Source: Actinomycetota bacterium
Lineage (GTDB): Bacteria > Actinomycetota > Aquicultoria > Aquicultorales > Aquicultoraceae
Assembly (NCBI GenBank): GCA_018333515.1
Contig: JAGXSZ010000031.1
Span: 17,654 to 81,653, forward strand
Reading direction: 5' to 3'
Length of the DNA: 64,000 bases
Position numbers and translations under genes: made by a program. The notes beneath the pieces are model-generated. The model made no database searches. It worked only from the letters and a program-made list of their open reading frames with translations, and was not told where the DNA came from. Below are positions 40,532 through 50,143 of the stretch, one piece after another (positions within the stretch are counted from its first letter, which is position 1; each line of letters begins with the position of its first letter).

Positions 40532-41476
40532 CTAAGGCGCATTATCCGACGCCGCTGCCGCTGCCTCGTCCGTTCCCAGATTATCGCTTATCCGCCCACG
40601 CAACGCAAGGAACGCCAGCGTCCAGAAGGTGCTCCCAAAGGCTTCGAAAAAGCCGTATGGGATTAGAGCCGCCAAGAAAAGGACCGCGGCGACCGACAGG
40701 GCGACGACGAGGCTCGTCCCGAAAAGCGCCTTGACCGCGAGTATTATAAGCGCGCCCAGTCCTCCCGCAAAGGCGATAAAGACGACCGTGAGGCCGAAGA
40801 TGATGAGCCAAGTCAAAATCGCCGAGCCCAGTTCGCGCCTGAAGAGCGACGACGCTTGCTTGACCGCGGCAAAAGCCCGCGTCCCATCGATTACGATGAA
40901 GCGGTTGGCGAAGCGGCCTATGATGGCGAGTGCGATTCCCAAAGCGATGAAGATAAGTATGGCTAATGCGGTGGCGAAGACCAAAATAACGACTGTGGTG
41001 GTGGAGGCGGCGGTATTTTGCGTTACGGTCATGAAGAGGTAGATATCGGCTATGGCGACTATCGTAAGTATAAGCATAAAAGGAACCCAAAGGAGCAGCG
41101 CGGCGCCGAGAACCGGGATAGCCTTGCGGATGCCGACGCCGAGACCGCGGCCGAAACGCGCTCGCTTTCCCGCCGCCGCGTCCCCCGCCAGCCCGATGAG
41201 CGCGCCGGTGACGATTATATAGACGGCGACGCTAAAGACTATGAGAGCGACCAATCCGGCGAAAAGCATGATGAGCGTCTCCGCGGTCAGGCTGCCCGCA
41301 AAAGAATCGATACGCTCTTGAACCAGCTCGATATCCCGCTCATCGGCGGTAAAGTTGACGAAGTTGCCGGCACCGCCGGAGAGGCTCAGAAAAACACCGA
41401 ACAACCATATTGTCTTGTTACGCCGGACCAATCCGGCGGCGCGTGACAGAAGCTTTCCGTACTCCACTCTCTTCAA
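40532..41476 (-). CDS. Polytopic membrane protein of unknown function
   Basis: 314 aa with about 6 hydrophobic helices rich in A/L/I/V/G. I recognise no catalytic motif. Confidence 0.5.
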   Translation of the reverse strand: MKRVEYGKLLSRAAGLVRRNKTIWLFGVFLSLSGGAGNFVNFTADERDIELVQERIDSFAGSLTAETLIMLFAGLVALIVFSVAVYIIVTGALIGLAGDAAAGKRARFGRGLGVGIRKAIPVLGAALLLWVPFMLILTIVAIADIYLFMTVTQNTAASTTTVVILVFATALAILIFIALGIALAIIGRFANRFIVIDGTRAFAAVKQASSLFRRELGSAILTWLIIFGLTVVFIAFAGGLGALIILAVKALFGTSLVVALSVAAVLFLAALIPYGFFEAFGSTFWTLAFLALRGRISDNLGTDEAAAAASDNAP

Positions 41477-41612
41477 CCCCTTAAACGCGATGACTGCAGT
41501 GGATATTGGTCAAGCCTGAGCCTATCCCCTCCTTGGCGCCGGCCGGAGGTGCGTCTCCTTAATACTTTAGTAATACGCTTAACTTTATTATATTCGCTGC
41601 CTAGCAGGCATT

Positions 41613-42701
41613 TTACTCTAGCGTTACCAGCTCGTAGGCGCGCGTGCCGAGCCCGATTTCCTCGCCATACGCAAGCTGCGGACGCCAATCAATACCGCTG
41701 ATACGCCCGAATTTGTCGGGGTCGTCGGCGCGCGTGAGCCGGCCCGCGATTCCCAACGTATCGTTGACCAGGTCGGCGCAGGCTTGGTCTATCGCGATAG
41801 GGTCGAGCGACGCCGCGACGCCGATATCGGGGACTATCGGTGTGTCGTTCCAGCCCCAGCAGTCGCAATCCGGGCTCACATCCATAACAAAATTAACGTA
41901 TCCGACTTTACCGGGTTTATCTTTTACCGCCGCCCAGACGTACTCGACGATCTTCTCTTGAATGGTACGCGGCTCGGTCTTCCAGTTGACCATGATTGCT
42001 CCAAACGAGCAGGTCACCGTACATTCCCCGCAACCGATACACATCGCCGAATCTATCTTTGCCGTGTCGGTTACGGCGATGGCTCCGGTGGGGCACCACT
42101 CGACGCAATCCCCGCACGCGGTGCAAGTCTCCTCGTCGACCTTGGGCAAAACATCGGAGTGCATCATCTGTTTCGCGCTGCGACAGCCTAACCCCATTCC
42201 GACATTCTTGAGCGCTCCGCCGAAGCCGGTCAACTCATGCCCTTTAAAGTGAGTCAGCACGATCATGGCGTCCGCGTGGACGACCGCGCTCCCCAACTTG
42301 GCTTCTTTGAAATGTTTGCCGTCGATTTCAACGGCGGCATAGTCCTTTCCATTGAGGCCGTCGGCTATGACAAGCGGCGCGCCGACCGTCGCATAGCTAA
42401 AACCGTTTTCTAACGCGGTCGTAAGATGGTCGACCGCGTTAGAACGCGTGCCCACATACAACGTATTGGCGTCTGTGATAAACGGTTTGCCGCCCGCCGC
42501 TTTGACCTTGTCGACGATGCGCCTGACATATAGCGGCGACAGAAAAGCCGTGTTGCCTCGCTCTCCAAAATGGACCTTGACGGCGACGATCTCGCCGGGT
42601 GAAATAAGCGACGCGAAACCGGCCCGCTCGAAGAGTTCCTCGGTCTTGGTAAGCCAACTCTTATGCTTCCCGGAAAATCGGCTCAAATATACTTTCGACA
42701 T
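41613..42701 (-). CDS. DUF362-domain protein with embedded 2x[4Fe-4S] ferredoxin module
   Basis: The N-terminal DUF362-like region (VAVKVHFGERGN...FITDANTLY) is followed by two CxxCxxCxxxCP-type motifs (CTACGDCVEWCP; CIGCGECTVTC). I chose the start MSKVY (42701). Confidence 0.7.
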   Translation of the reverse strand: MSKVYLSRFSGKHKSWLTKTEELFERAGFASLISPGEIVAVKVHFGERGNTAFLSPLYVRRIVDKVKAAGGKPFITDANTLYVGTRSNAVDHLTTALENGFSYATVGAPLVIADGLNGKDYAAVEIDGKHFKEAKLGSAVVHADAMIVLTHFKGHELTGFGGALKNVGMGLGCRSAKQMMHSDVLPKVDEETCTACGDCVEWCPTGAIAVTDTAKIDSAMCIGCGECTVTCSFGAIMVNWKTEPRTIQEKIVEYVWAAVKDKPGKVGYVNFVMDVSPDCDCWGWNDTPIVPDIGVAASLDPIAIDQACADLVNDTLGIAGRLTRADDPDKFGRISGIDWRPQLAYGEEIGLGTRAYELVTLE

Positions 42702-42839
42702 AGACCACCTCAAATTATTAAATCGACGACGATACAGTGAAGGCTGCTCGATAACTACACAAGCAAAGGCTTATTATGTGAACGATTATTGCACAACAAT
42801 GTCATCGTCGCCAACCGTGCCGAGATACTCGGCCTTAGC

Positions 42840-45326
42840 TCAATCTTTGCCGACCGCCTCGGCGGCTTCCTGTCCGCTCGCAGCTTCGCCCGCCGTATGC
42901 GCCGCGCCGAACTCATAGGCTTTCAGTTTTTCGGCCATCTCTTTTAGTCGCTCGTTCGCCAGGTAGTGGACGGTGCCTTCGGGAAAGGCGCCGCCTTCGG
43001 CTCTCAGGCCGGCCTCGACCCCGGTAAGGATCTCGATTCCCTCGTCTATCGTGCGCACCGGGTAAATATGAAACCGTCCCGCCTCCACCGCCTCCAAGAC
43101 CTCGTTCTTGAGCATAAGGTTGTCGAGATTTTGCACGGGTATGAGGACGCCCTGCTCCCCCGTGAGCCCACGCGCCCGGCAGACATCGAAGAACCCTTCT
43201 ATCTTGCGGTTGACCCCGCCGATCGGTTGAATTTCCCCGTGCTGATTGACCGAGCCCGTAACCGCCATGTTCTGCTTGATGGGCAGGCCGGAGAGCGCCG
43301 AAAGAATCGTGTAGAGTTCGGTGCTCGACGCGCTGTCGCCGTCGACGCCTTCGTAGCTCTGCTCGAACGTGATACTCGCCGACATCGACAGCGGTTTGTC
43401 CGTCGCGTACATGCCGGCGAGATAGTTCGCGAGAATGAGAACGCCCTTGCTGTGGCTCGGCCCGCTCATCGATATCTCGCGCTCGATATCGACGACGCCG
43501 CGTTTGCCTAGATGGACCTTACCGGTAATCCGGGAGGGCCGACCGAAATAGTAATCGCCCAGACTTATGATGGAGAGCGCGTTGATCTGCCCGACGACTT
43601 CACCCTCGGTCTTAATCATCACGATATCCCTATCGATCAGCTCCTGCGTCTTCGCCTCTATCATATTTGACCGGAACCGCTTATGCTCGACCGCCCTGTC
43701 CACATGCCCGGCGTTGACGACCGCCGAGCCGTTGTCCGCTGTCGCCCAATAACTCGCCTCGCTGGCGATATCGCCGATGTCCATAAAACGGGTCGAGAGC
43801 TTCTTCTGGTCGCCCGCGAGCCAAGAGCCGTATTCGACGATTTTCGCGACCCCCGACGGGTCGAACGGCTTGAGCTTCGCCTCCCGAACCCTGCTGCCGA
43901 CAAAGCTCGCGTAACTGAGCATGTGCTCGTCGGTGCGGTCCATCTCTATATTGAAGTCGGCTTTTACCTTGAAGAGTTCCCGGAAATCCTCATCCATCTG
44001 GTAGAGGAGCATATATATGCGCGGGCTGCCGACCAAGACCACTTTGACATTGAGAGGAATAGGCTCCGGCTTGATGGTCGAAGCCGGAATCGCCCTAAAC
44101 TGTTCGCCCATAAGCTCGATTCGTATCTCCTCGCTGTGGAGCGCGCGTTTTAGCATATCCCAGGCGAGCGGGCTCATCAGCAGGTCCAGTATGTTCACGA
44201 GCAAATAACCGCCGTTCGCCCGGTGAAACGCGCCCGCTTTTATCAATGTAAAGTCGGTGCTCATCGCGCCAAAGGTCGCCTTATACTCGGTTTTACCGGT
44301 CAGATTATAGTAAGAAGGGTTAAGCTCGAAATCGACCGGTGCGCCCTCGAGTTCGCCGTTGTCGACGACGACATTTACTTTGTACCGGTCGAAGGTCGGC
44401 TGCTTCTGGAACGCCTCGAGGCCGGGCATAACCGCCAACGGTTTTTCGGTGACGCGAAAATCGTTAAGGTTATCGATGATATCCTTCTCTATCTGCTCCA
44501 AATAAGCGATGACTTTGGCGTGGTCTTTATAGTTATCGCGCAAATCCTGGAGCAAGTGGCCTATCGCAAAGAGCGAAGTTTCTTTATCCAACTCCTGGAC
44601 TCTCTGCTTGGCTTCCTTTTCGGTGCGCCGTATGCGACCTAAGACCTCGTTAATCTCGGATTGTAACCCCTCCGCCGCCGTTTGAATCTCTTTTCGCTCC
44701 TCCTCGGGGAGGAGACCGAACTCTTCTCTCCGCAAAGGTCTCCCTTTTCTCAACGGAAGCGTGGCGATGCCCGAGGGAGTTATGTCGACCGCGAATCCGC
44801 GCTCCTCCGCTTTCTTCTCTATCTCGCCGAAGCCTTTCTCCTTTGCGGCTTCGAAATCATTCGAGATGCGCGATTTGCGCTCCTCATACTCTTTGCCCTC
44901 GAAGGCTTTGGGAATCTCTTCCCGCGCGCTCTCGATAAGCTCATCCATATGTTTGGCGAATTCCCTGCTGTGACCGGCGGGAAGCGATATCGCCAACGGG
45001 CGGTCGGGGTCGACAAAATTGTTGACATAACACCAGTCGTCGGGGACGGGCTCCTCCTTGGCCCGCTTTTGAATATACGCTTTGATAGTCGAGGTCTTGC
45101 CCACCCCGAGGGGGCCCGAGGCATAAAGGTTAAAACCTTTTGTCTTGATGCCTAAGCCGAACTCTATCGCTTCGAGCGCTCTCGCTTGCCCGACCGTTCC
45201 CTCGAGCGGCTCGACCTCGTCGGTAGAGCTAAACTTAAAGATACTCGCGTCGCAGACCTGTCGAAGGCCTTCGACAGGCACTTCGGCCGGCTTACCCGTT
45301 GTTTTTTTGACCGTCTTTGAACCCAT
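42840..45326 (-). CDS. Lon-like ATP-dependent protease (AAA+ with helical insertion, C-terminal S16 Lon protease domain)
   Basis: Walker A GPLGVGKTS, a long coiled insertion and a C-terminal Lon proteolytic domain (GPSHSKGVLIL...VDGDSASS...TGSVNQHGEIQPIGGVN.KIEGF). The ATG at 45326 is preceded by AAAGGGGA. The ORF track reaches a GTG at 45344. Confidence 0.8.
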   Translation of the reverse strand: MGSKTVKKTTGKPAEVPVEGLRQVCDASIFKFSSTDEVEPLEGTVGQARALEAIEFGLGIKTKGFNLYASGPLGVGKTSTIKAYIQKRAKEEPVPDDWCYVNNFVDPDRPLAISLPAGHSREFAKHMDELIESAREEIPKAFEGKEYEERKSRISNDFEAAKEKGFGEIEKKAEERGFAVDITPSGIATLPLRKGRPLRREEFGLLPEEERKEIQTAAEGLQSEINEVLGRIRRTEKEAKQRVQELDKETSLFAIGHLLQDLRDNYKDHAKVIAYLEQIEKDIIDNLNDFRVTEKPLAVMPGLEAFQKQPTFDRYKVNVVVDNGELEGAPVDFELNPSYYNLTGKTEYKATFGAMSTDFTLIKAGAFHRANGGYLLVNILDLLMSPLAWDMLKRALHSEEIRIELMGEQFRAIPASTIKPEPIPLNVKVVLVGSPRIYMLLYQMDEDFRELFKVKADFNIEMDRTDEHMLSYASFVGSRVREAKLKPFDPSGVAKIVEYGSWLAGDQKKLSTRFMDIGDIASEASYWATADNGSAVVNAGHVDRAVEHKRFRSNMIEAKTQELIDRDIVMIKTEGEVVGQINALSIISLGDYYFGRPSRITGKVHLGKRGVVDIEREISMSGPSHSKGVLILANYLAGMYATDKPLSMSASITFEQSYEGVDGDSASSTELYTILSALSGLPIKQNMAVTGSVNQHGEIQPIGGVNRKIEGFFDVCRARGLTGEQGVLIPVQNLDNLMLKNEVLEAVEAGRFHIYPVRTIDEGIEILTGVEAGLRAEGGAFPEGTVHYLANERLKEMAEKLKAYEFGAAHTAGEAASGQEAAEAVGKD

Positions 45327-45477
45327 TTTATCCCCTTTCGCCACTATAACGATGATTTACCCGCTTCGGGCCGTCGGAAAACTAGAAATGCCCGCTTAAT
45401 AAGGGATTTGTGACTATTTGTGCGAACGGTTGATCTGCCATTAAGCGCAAAGAGAAGGCCTGAGCTTCTGATTAGGG

Positions 45478-46446
45478 CTACCCGGCATCGAAGGTCTCGA
45501 ATACGAGGGCGGCCGCACCGAGCATCCCGGCCTGGTTTCCGAGTTGGCCCCGGACGATTTTGGCGACATACTTATTCGGGCTAAGGGTTCGTTCGGCCAC
45601 TACGGCTCTAGCCGGTGCGAGCACCAGCTCGCCGACTTCGGCCATGCCGCCGTCGATGACTACGATTTCCGGGTTGAAGATGTTGATAATATTGTTGATG
45701 CCGATTCCGAGCCAGAAACCGACCTCGGCGAAGACCTCGTTGGCCGCGACGTCGCCCTGGCGGGCCGCCTCGGTCACCATCGGGCCGGTTACCCGCGCCG
45801 GGTCACCGCCGGCCATCTCGCCGATGAGACCGCCCCCGTCGAGCACGAGCCGCGCTCTTGCAAAGCGAACGAGCGCTCTTCCGGACGCCATCTCCTCGAA
45901 ACACCCGTACGAGCCGCAAGTGCATCTGGGACCTGACGCAGAGATTACCATGTGCCCCAGCTCAGCGGCGCTGCCGGTCGCCCCCCGGTAGAGACGCCCA
46001 TCGCAGATAATGCCCGAGCCGATGCCGGTGCCGAGTGTCAGGCCGACGATATGGTTGGCGTCACGCGCCGTCCCATAGTGCTTCTCGCCAAAGGTCGCGA
46101 GATTCGCGTCGTTGTCGAGGACTGTCGGCAGCCCGCAGCTCTTTTCGATTATCGCGCGAAGCTTTATGTCGCTAAAAGGAAGGTTCGGCGATTGCACGAT
46201 AGCCCCGCGCGCCCAGTCGACGGTACCCGCCGCGGCGATGCCGATGCCCACCGGTTCGACTCTCCCGGACGAAGCTGTCTTGACGGTCTCTATGAGCCGG
46301 GTAATCGCATCGATCGCGACTTCGCTCGATTGGAGTGGCGTGGGGATCGTGCGCGATAAGACGATCTTTCCCCGCCGGTCGACGGTCGCCGCGGCGATCT
46401 TTGTGCCGCCGATATCGACTCCGATTGCCGCGGTTCGCGAGCGCAT
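45478..46446 (-). CDS. ROK-family sugar kinase (glucokinase-like)
   Basis: AIGVDIGGTKIA, DNDAN and the ROK zinc motif GHM...C.CG..GC.E. I chose the start MRSRTAA (46446), because the ORF-track start 46596 overlaps the upstream gene. Confidence 0.8.
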   Translation of the reverse strand: MRSRTAAIGVDIGGTKIAAATVDRRGKIVLSRTIPTPLQSSEVAIDAITRLIETVKTASSGRVEPVGIGIAAAGTVDWARGAIVQSPNLPFSDIKLRAIIEKSCGLPTVLDNDANLATFGEKHYGTARDANHIVGLTLGTGIGSGIICDGRLYRGATGSAAELGHMVISASGPRCTCGSYGCFEEMASGRALVRFARARLVLDGGGLIGEMAGGDPARVTGPMVTEAARQGDVAANEVFAEVGFWLGIGINNIINIFNPEIVVIDGGMAEVGELVLAPARAVVAERTLSPNKYVAKIVRGQLGNQAGMLGAAALVFETFDAG

Positions 46447-46519
46447 ACAAACACCACCCTTTTCAATCACGCTGTTAGAGTTAAATGTTAAGTTCTCCAA
46501 CCGGCCCGCGGTTCCTTCG

Positions 46520-47302
46520 TTAAAAGACGGGGTATCGCGGAAAACTCCATTCCTGGGTAAAATCCTCACCGGGGACTTTTGTCTTGACCACCACATCGCC
46601 GGAGAATATCTCGACGATATTATAGGAGGGTTCCGTAAAGCCGCGGGTTCGATAGGTCGAGGCGGTGCCGCTGTTTATAAGAAGCATGTTCGATACCGAC
46701 CACACGTACGGCACGTGCTTGTGACCGCAAAAGACCAGGTTTACGCCGGCGCCGCGCAGGCGCGCCAGAACATCGCCGGCATCCCATACGATATTTCGCT
46801 CGCGACCGGTTCCGGGCACGCTTACCAGGTGGTGATGGAGGATGAAGACCTTAAAAGTGCTCTCGACGGCGAATTCCTCCTTAAGCCAATCGTAATGCTC
46901 GCGGCCTATCTCGCCGTCGTTGAGGTCGGGCTTGCATGAATCGACGGCGACGAACTTTATCCGTTCGTCTAAACCATCCTGCGACGCCATCCCGAATTGG
47001 AGGTCGTAGGTCTTGTAGCGGGTGCCGAAGATGTTTTCGAAGTGGAGGTAACCGAGATTGCGGTGGTCGTGATTGCCGGCGACGATTATCTTGACGGGGC
47101 AGCGCAGCATGTCGATATAATTTTGCGCCCGCTCGAACTCGTCCAAATAGCCCGCGGTCGTCAGGTCGCCACAGACGACCACGACATTCGGCTCGACCTC
47201 GTTTATCTCCTGGACAGCACTGAGCATGAGGCTCTCCTCAAAGCGGCTGTCGCCGCAATGGAGGTCCGATATCTGTGCGATTCTAAATAGCTCTATACCC
47301 AT
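46520..47302 (-). CDS. Calcineurin-like metallophosphoesterase
   Basis: 260 aa with ISDLHCG, CGDLT, GNHD, HHH and GHKH, the metallophosphoesterase motif series. Confidence 0.8.
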   Translation of the reverse strand: MGIELFRIAQISDLHCGDSRFEESLMLSAVQEINEVEPNVVVVCGDLTTAGYLDEFERAQNYIDMLRCPVKIIVAGNHDHRNLGYLHFENIFGTRYKTYDLQFGMASQDGLDERIKFVAVDSCKPDLNDGEIGREHYDWLKEEFAVESTFKVFILHHHLVSVPGTGRERNIVWDAGDVLARLRGAGVNLVFCGHKHVPYVWSVSNMLLINSGTASTYRTRGFTEPSYNIVEIFSGDVVVKTKVPGEDFTQEWSFPRYPVF

Positions 47303-47403
47303 ACATTAACCCCGCCCGATTGCCGGCAAGGCCCGACAACCGCGACCCAAAATCTCTCCTGGCTAAATGATAACCTTTTTGAGGCTCTTTTACACCCGGC
47401 TAC

Positions 47404-49851
47404 TTAAATCGAGGCTGTGAGCTGCGGCGCCTTGAACCTGCGCAGCCTCAACGAATTCGATACCACCGAGACCGAGCTTAAAGCCATCGCCGCGGCCGCA
47501 TACATCGGATTTAGGCTAATCCCGAAGAACGGGTAGAGAACACCGGCCGCCACGGGTATCAGCATTATATTATAGAAGAACGCCCAGAACAGGTTCTGGT
47601 AGATGGTCTTGAGCGTTTTCCGGCTGAGCGCGATCGAGGTCACCAGGCCTTGGAGGTCGCCGCTGATCAGCGTGATATCGGATGCTTCGATTGCGACGTC
47701 GGTGCCGGTACCTATCGCGATACCGATGTTCGCCTGCGCGAGCGCCGGCGCGTCGTTGATGCCGTCGCCCACCATAGCAACGACCCGCCCCTCATCCTGG
47801 AGACGCTTTATCTGACGAGCTTTGTCGGCCGGGAGCACCTCCGCGAAGACGCGGGCGATGCCGACTTGGCTCGCGATAGCCTTGGCTGTCCGCTCATTGT
47901 CGCCGGTTATCATAATTACTTCGAGCCCCATGTCCTTAAGTCGCCCAACGGCGGCCTTCGAGTTCCCCTTTAAAACGTCGGCGACGGCGACTATGCCGAC
48001 CGCCTCCGTGTCGACCGAGATATACATGGGCGTCTTGCCCTCGGTGGAAAGCGTCGCGGCGACCCCGTCCAAGTCGTTGAGCGCGATATCGCGCTCGTCC
48101 ATTAGGCGGGCGTTGCCCAACATCACACGGCGCCCGTCGATGGTAGCGCCGATGCCTCGGCCGGTGAACGACTCGAAATCTTGCGGCTCTCCCAGGGTGA
48201 GCGCTCGTTCTTTGGCGCGGGCGACTATCGCTTCACCGAGCGGGTGTTCGGAACCGCGCTCCGCGGATGCGGCAAACCGTAAAATATCTTCGTCGCTAAA
48301 GCCGACCGCCGCGACAATATCGGTTAAGACCGGTTTGCCCTGCGTCAAAGTGCCTGTTTTATCCAGAACGATAGCGTTTATCTTGTGCGCGTTCTCAAGC
48401 GCCTGCGCGTCACGGATAAGGATGCCGTTCTGCGCGCCCTGGCCGGTGCCGACCATGATGGCCGTCGGCGTGGCCAGCCCCAGCGCGCACGGGCAAGCTA
48501 TAATCAACACGGCGACAAAGTTTAGTAAAGCTAACGTAAAGGCCGGTTTCGGGCCAAAGACGTACCAGACGACAAACGTCAGCACCGCGATAGTAATGAC
48601 CGTCGGCACAAAATAACTCGCTACGATGTCGGCGAGACGCTGGATGGGGGCTTTGGAGCCCTGCGCTTCCTCGACGAGTTTTACTATTTGCGCCAAGGCG
48701 GTCTCGCTGCCGACTTTGGTCGCCTTGAATTTGAATGCCCCGGTCCTGTTTATGGTCGCGCCTATCACCTCATCGCCGGCGCGCTTTTCGACCGGGATAC
48801 TCTCACCGGTTATCATCGACTCGTCTATCGACGAATAGCCGTCGACCACGATACCGTCGACCGGGATTTTCTCTCCGGGTCGAACCAGCACGATATCGCC
48901 GGCGACGATTGCGTCGATGGCTATATCGACCTCCCGGCCATCCCGGACTACGCGGCCGGTTTTCGCCTGGAGCCCGAGGAGTTTCTTTATAGCGTCCGAA
49001 GCCCTTCCCTTTGCTCTTGCCTCAAGATAGCGTCCGAAGAGGATGAGGGTGATAATCGTTGTGGAGGTATCGAAGTAGACCGCGGGCATGATCCCCTGGG
49101 CCTCGAAAAGCCCGGGGGTAAACGTTACCGCGACACTGTAGAGGTACGCGGCGGTCGTTCCGACCGCGACAAGCGTGTTCATGTCGGTGGCGCCGTGTTT
49201 GGCCGTAAGGTACGCCCCGCGGTAGAAACGCCGGCCCGCCCAGAACTGTACCGGAGTTGCCAGAGCTAAAAGTATCAAAAATCTCGTTTTGTCCGGGACC
49301 ATCATCAGCGCGGGGATAAGGTCGTGCATGCTGCCTATCATCACTATAACGGTGAGCGCCGCTGCGATGGTCAAGCGAGGCTTTATCTCTTCGGCTTCAC
49401 TCCGCGGCTTAAGCGCCTCCGCCGCGTCGTCCGTCTCCCGCACCTCATAGCCCGCATCGATTATCGCCTTCCTGAGTTGCCGCGGGGTCGCGACCGACGG
49501 AATATACGCGACGGTTCCCTTTTCGGTAGCCAGGTTGACATTGGCGGACAATACTCCCTCTACCGCGAGGAGCGCTTGCTCCACGCGGCGCACGCACGAA
49601 GCGCACGTCATCAAACCGATGGGGATGGCCGTCTCTTCGGCTTCGACTTCATAGCCCGCTTCTTTGATTGCCGCCAAAAGGTCGCCGACCGAGACTTTGT
49701 CCTTATCGATCTCGACAGTCGCCTTCCGGCTCGCCAGGCTGACGTTTACACCTATTACACCGTCTACTTTCCGGAGCGCCGTTTCCACGCGGCGCACGCA
49801 CGACGCTCAGGTCATGCCCGTGACGGGAAGAATCACTTTTATCGTCTCCAC
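47404..49851 (-). CDS. copA: Cu(I)-exporting P1B-type ATPase with two N-terminal HMA domains. The first HMA CxxC has an in-frame TGA in place of the first Cys.
   Basis: CPC (IIACPCALG), [13 protein letters not shown] and TGES motifs. The second HMA domain has GLMTCASC. The ORF track starts at 49797 (GTG), but the frame continues upstream to GTG 49851 (RBS AAGGTGA) with a single TGA at 49807-49809, reading [25 protein letters not shown]. Confidence 0.85.
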
Positions 49852-49860
49852 GACTTCACC

Positions 49861-49886
49861 TTCTATTCTTATCTTCTATTCTTATC
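49861..49886. repeat. Perfect 13-nt tandem duplication in the copA 5' leader
   Basis: TTCTATTCTTATC occurs twice back to back (49861-49873 and 49874-49886), immediately upstream of the copA RBS on the minus strand. Confidence 0.9.
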
Positions 49887-49944
49887 TAAGATAGAGCGTG
49901 TTTCTACGCGCCGAATCGATATTCCTCTTATGATACGCATCCAA

Positions 49945-49964
49945 TCGATGAGAGCGCTCATCGA
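49945..49964. promoter_or_regulatory. 8-bp-arm palindrome in the copA/csoR intergenic region (candidate operator)
   Basis: TCGATGAG-AGCG-CTCATCGA, followed by an A9 run on the plus strand. The run position relative to the hairpin is wrong for an intrinsic terminator on either strand. Confidence 0.35.
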
Positions 49965-49977
49965 AAAAAAACCGGCG

Positions 49978-50002
49978 ACATATACCCTTGCCCCCTATAT
50001 GT
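49978..50002. promoter_or_regulatory. 7-bp inverted repeat flanking C-tracts (candidate metal-regulator operator upstream of copA)
   Basis: ACATATA-CCCTTGCCCCC-TATATGT. The AT-rich arms with a C-rich core resemble CsoR-type sites, but the core is not a C-tract/G-tract dyad. Confidence 0.35.
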
Positions 50003-50073
50003 ACAAAGTTATCATTTGCGAACTTGCCAAGTCAAATCGTCAGCCATATAGCGAGGTGGATTTATATGGATTG

Positions 50074-50102
50074 TTGACACTTTCACAACATCCTAAGATA
50101 AT
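50074..50102 (+). promoter_or_regulatory. Candidate sigma-70-type promoter of csoR
   Basis: TTGACA (50074-50079), 17 nt, GATAAT (50097-50102), followed by AGGGGTATAC overlapping the predicted transcription start. RBS GAGGTGGAG precedes the ATG at 50144. Confidence 0.6.
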
Positions 50103-50143
50103 AGGGGTATACGTATCTAGGCGAGGTCGAATGAGGTGGAGAA

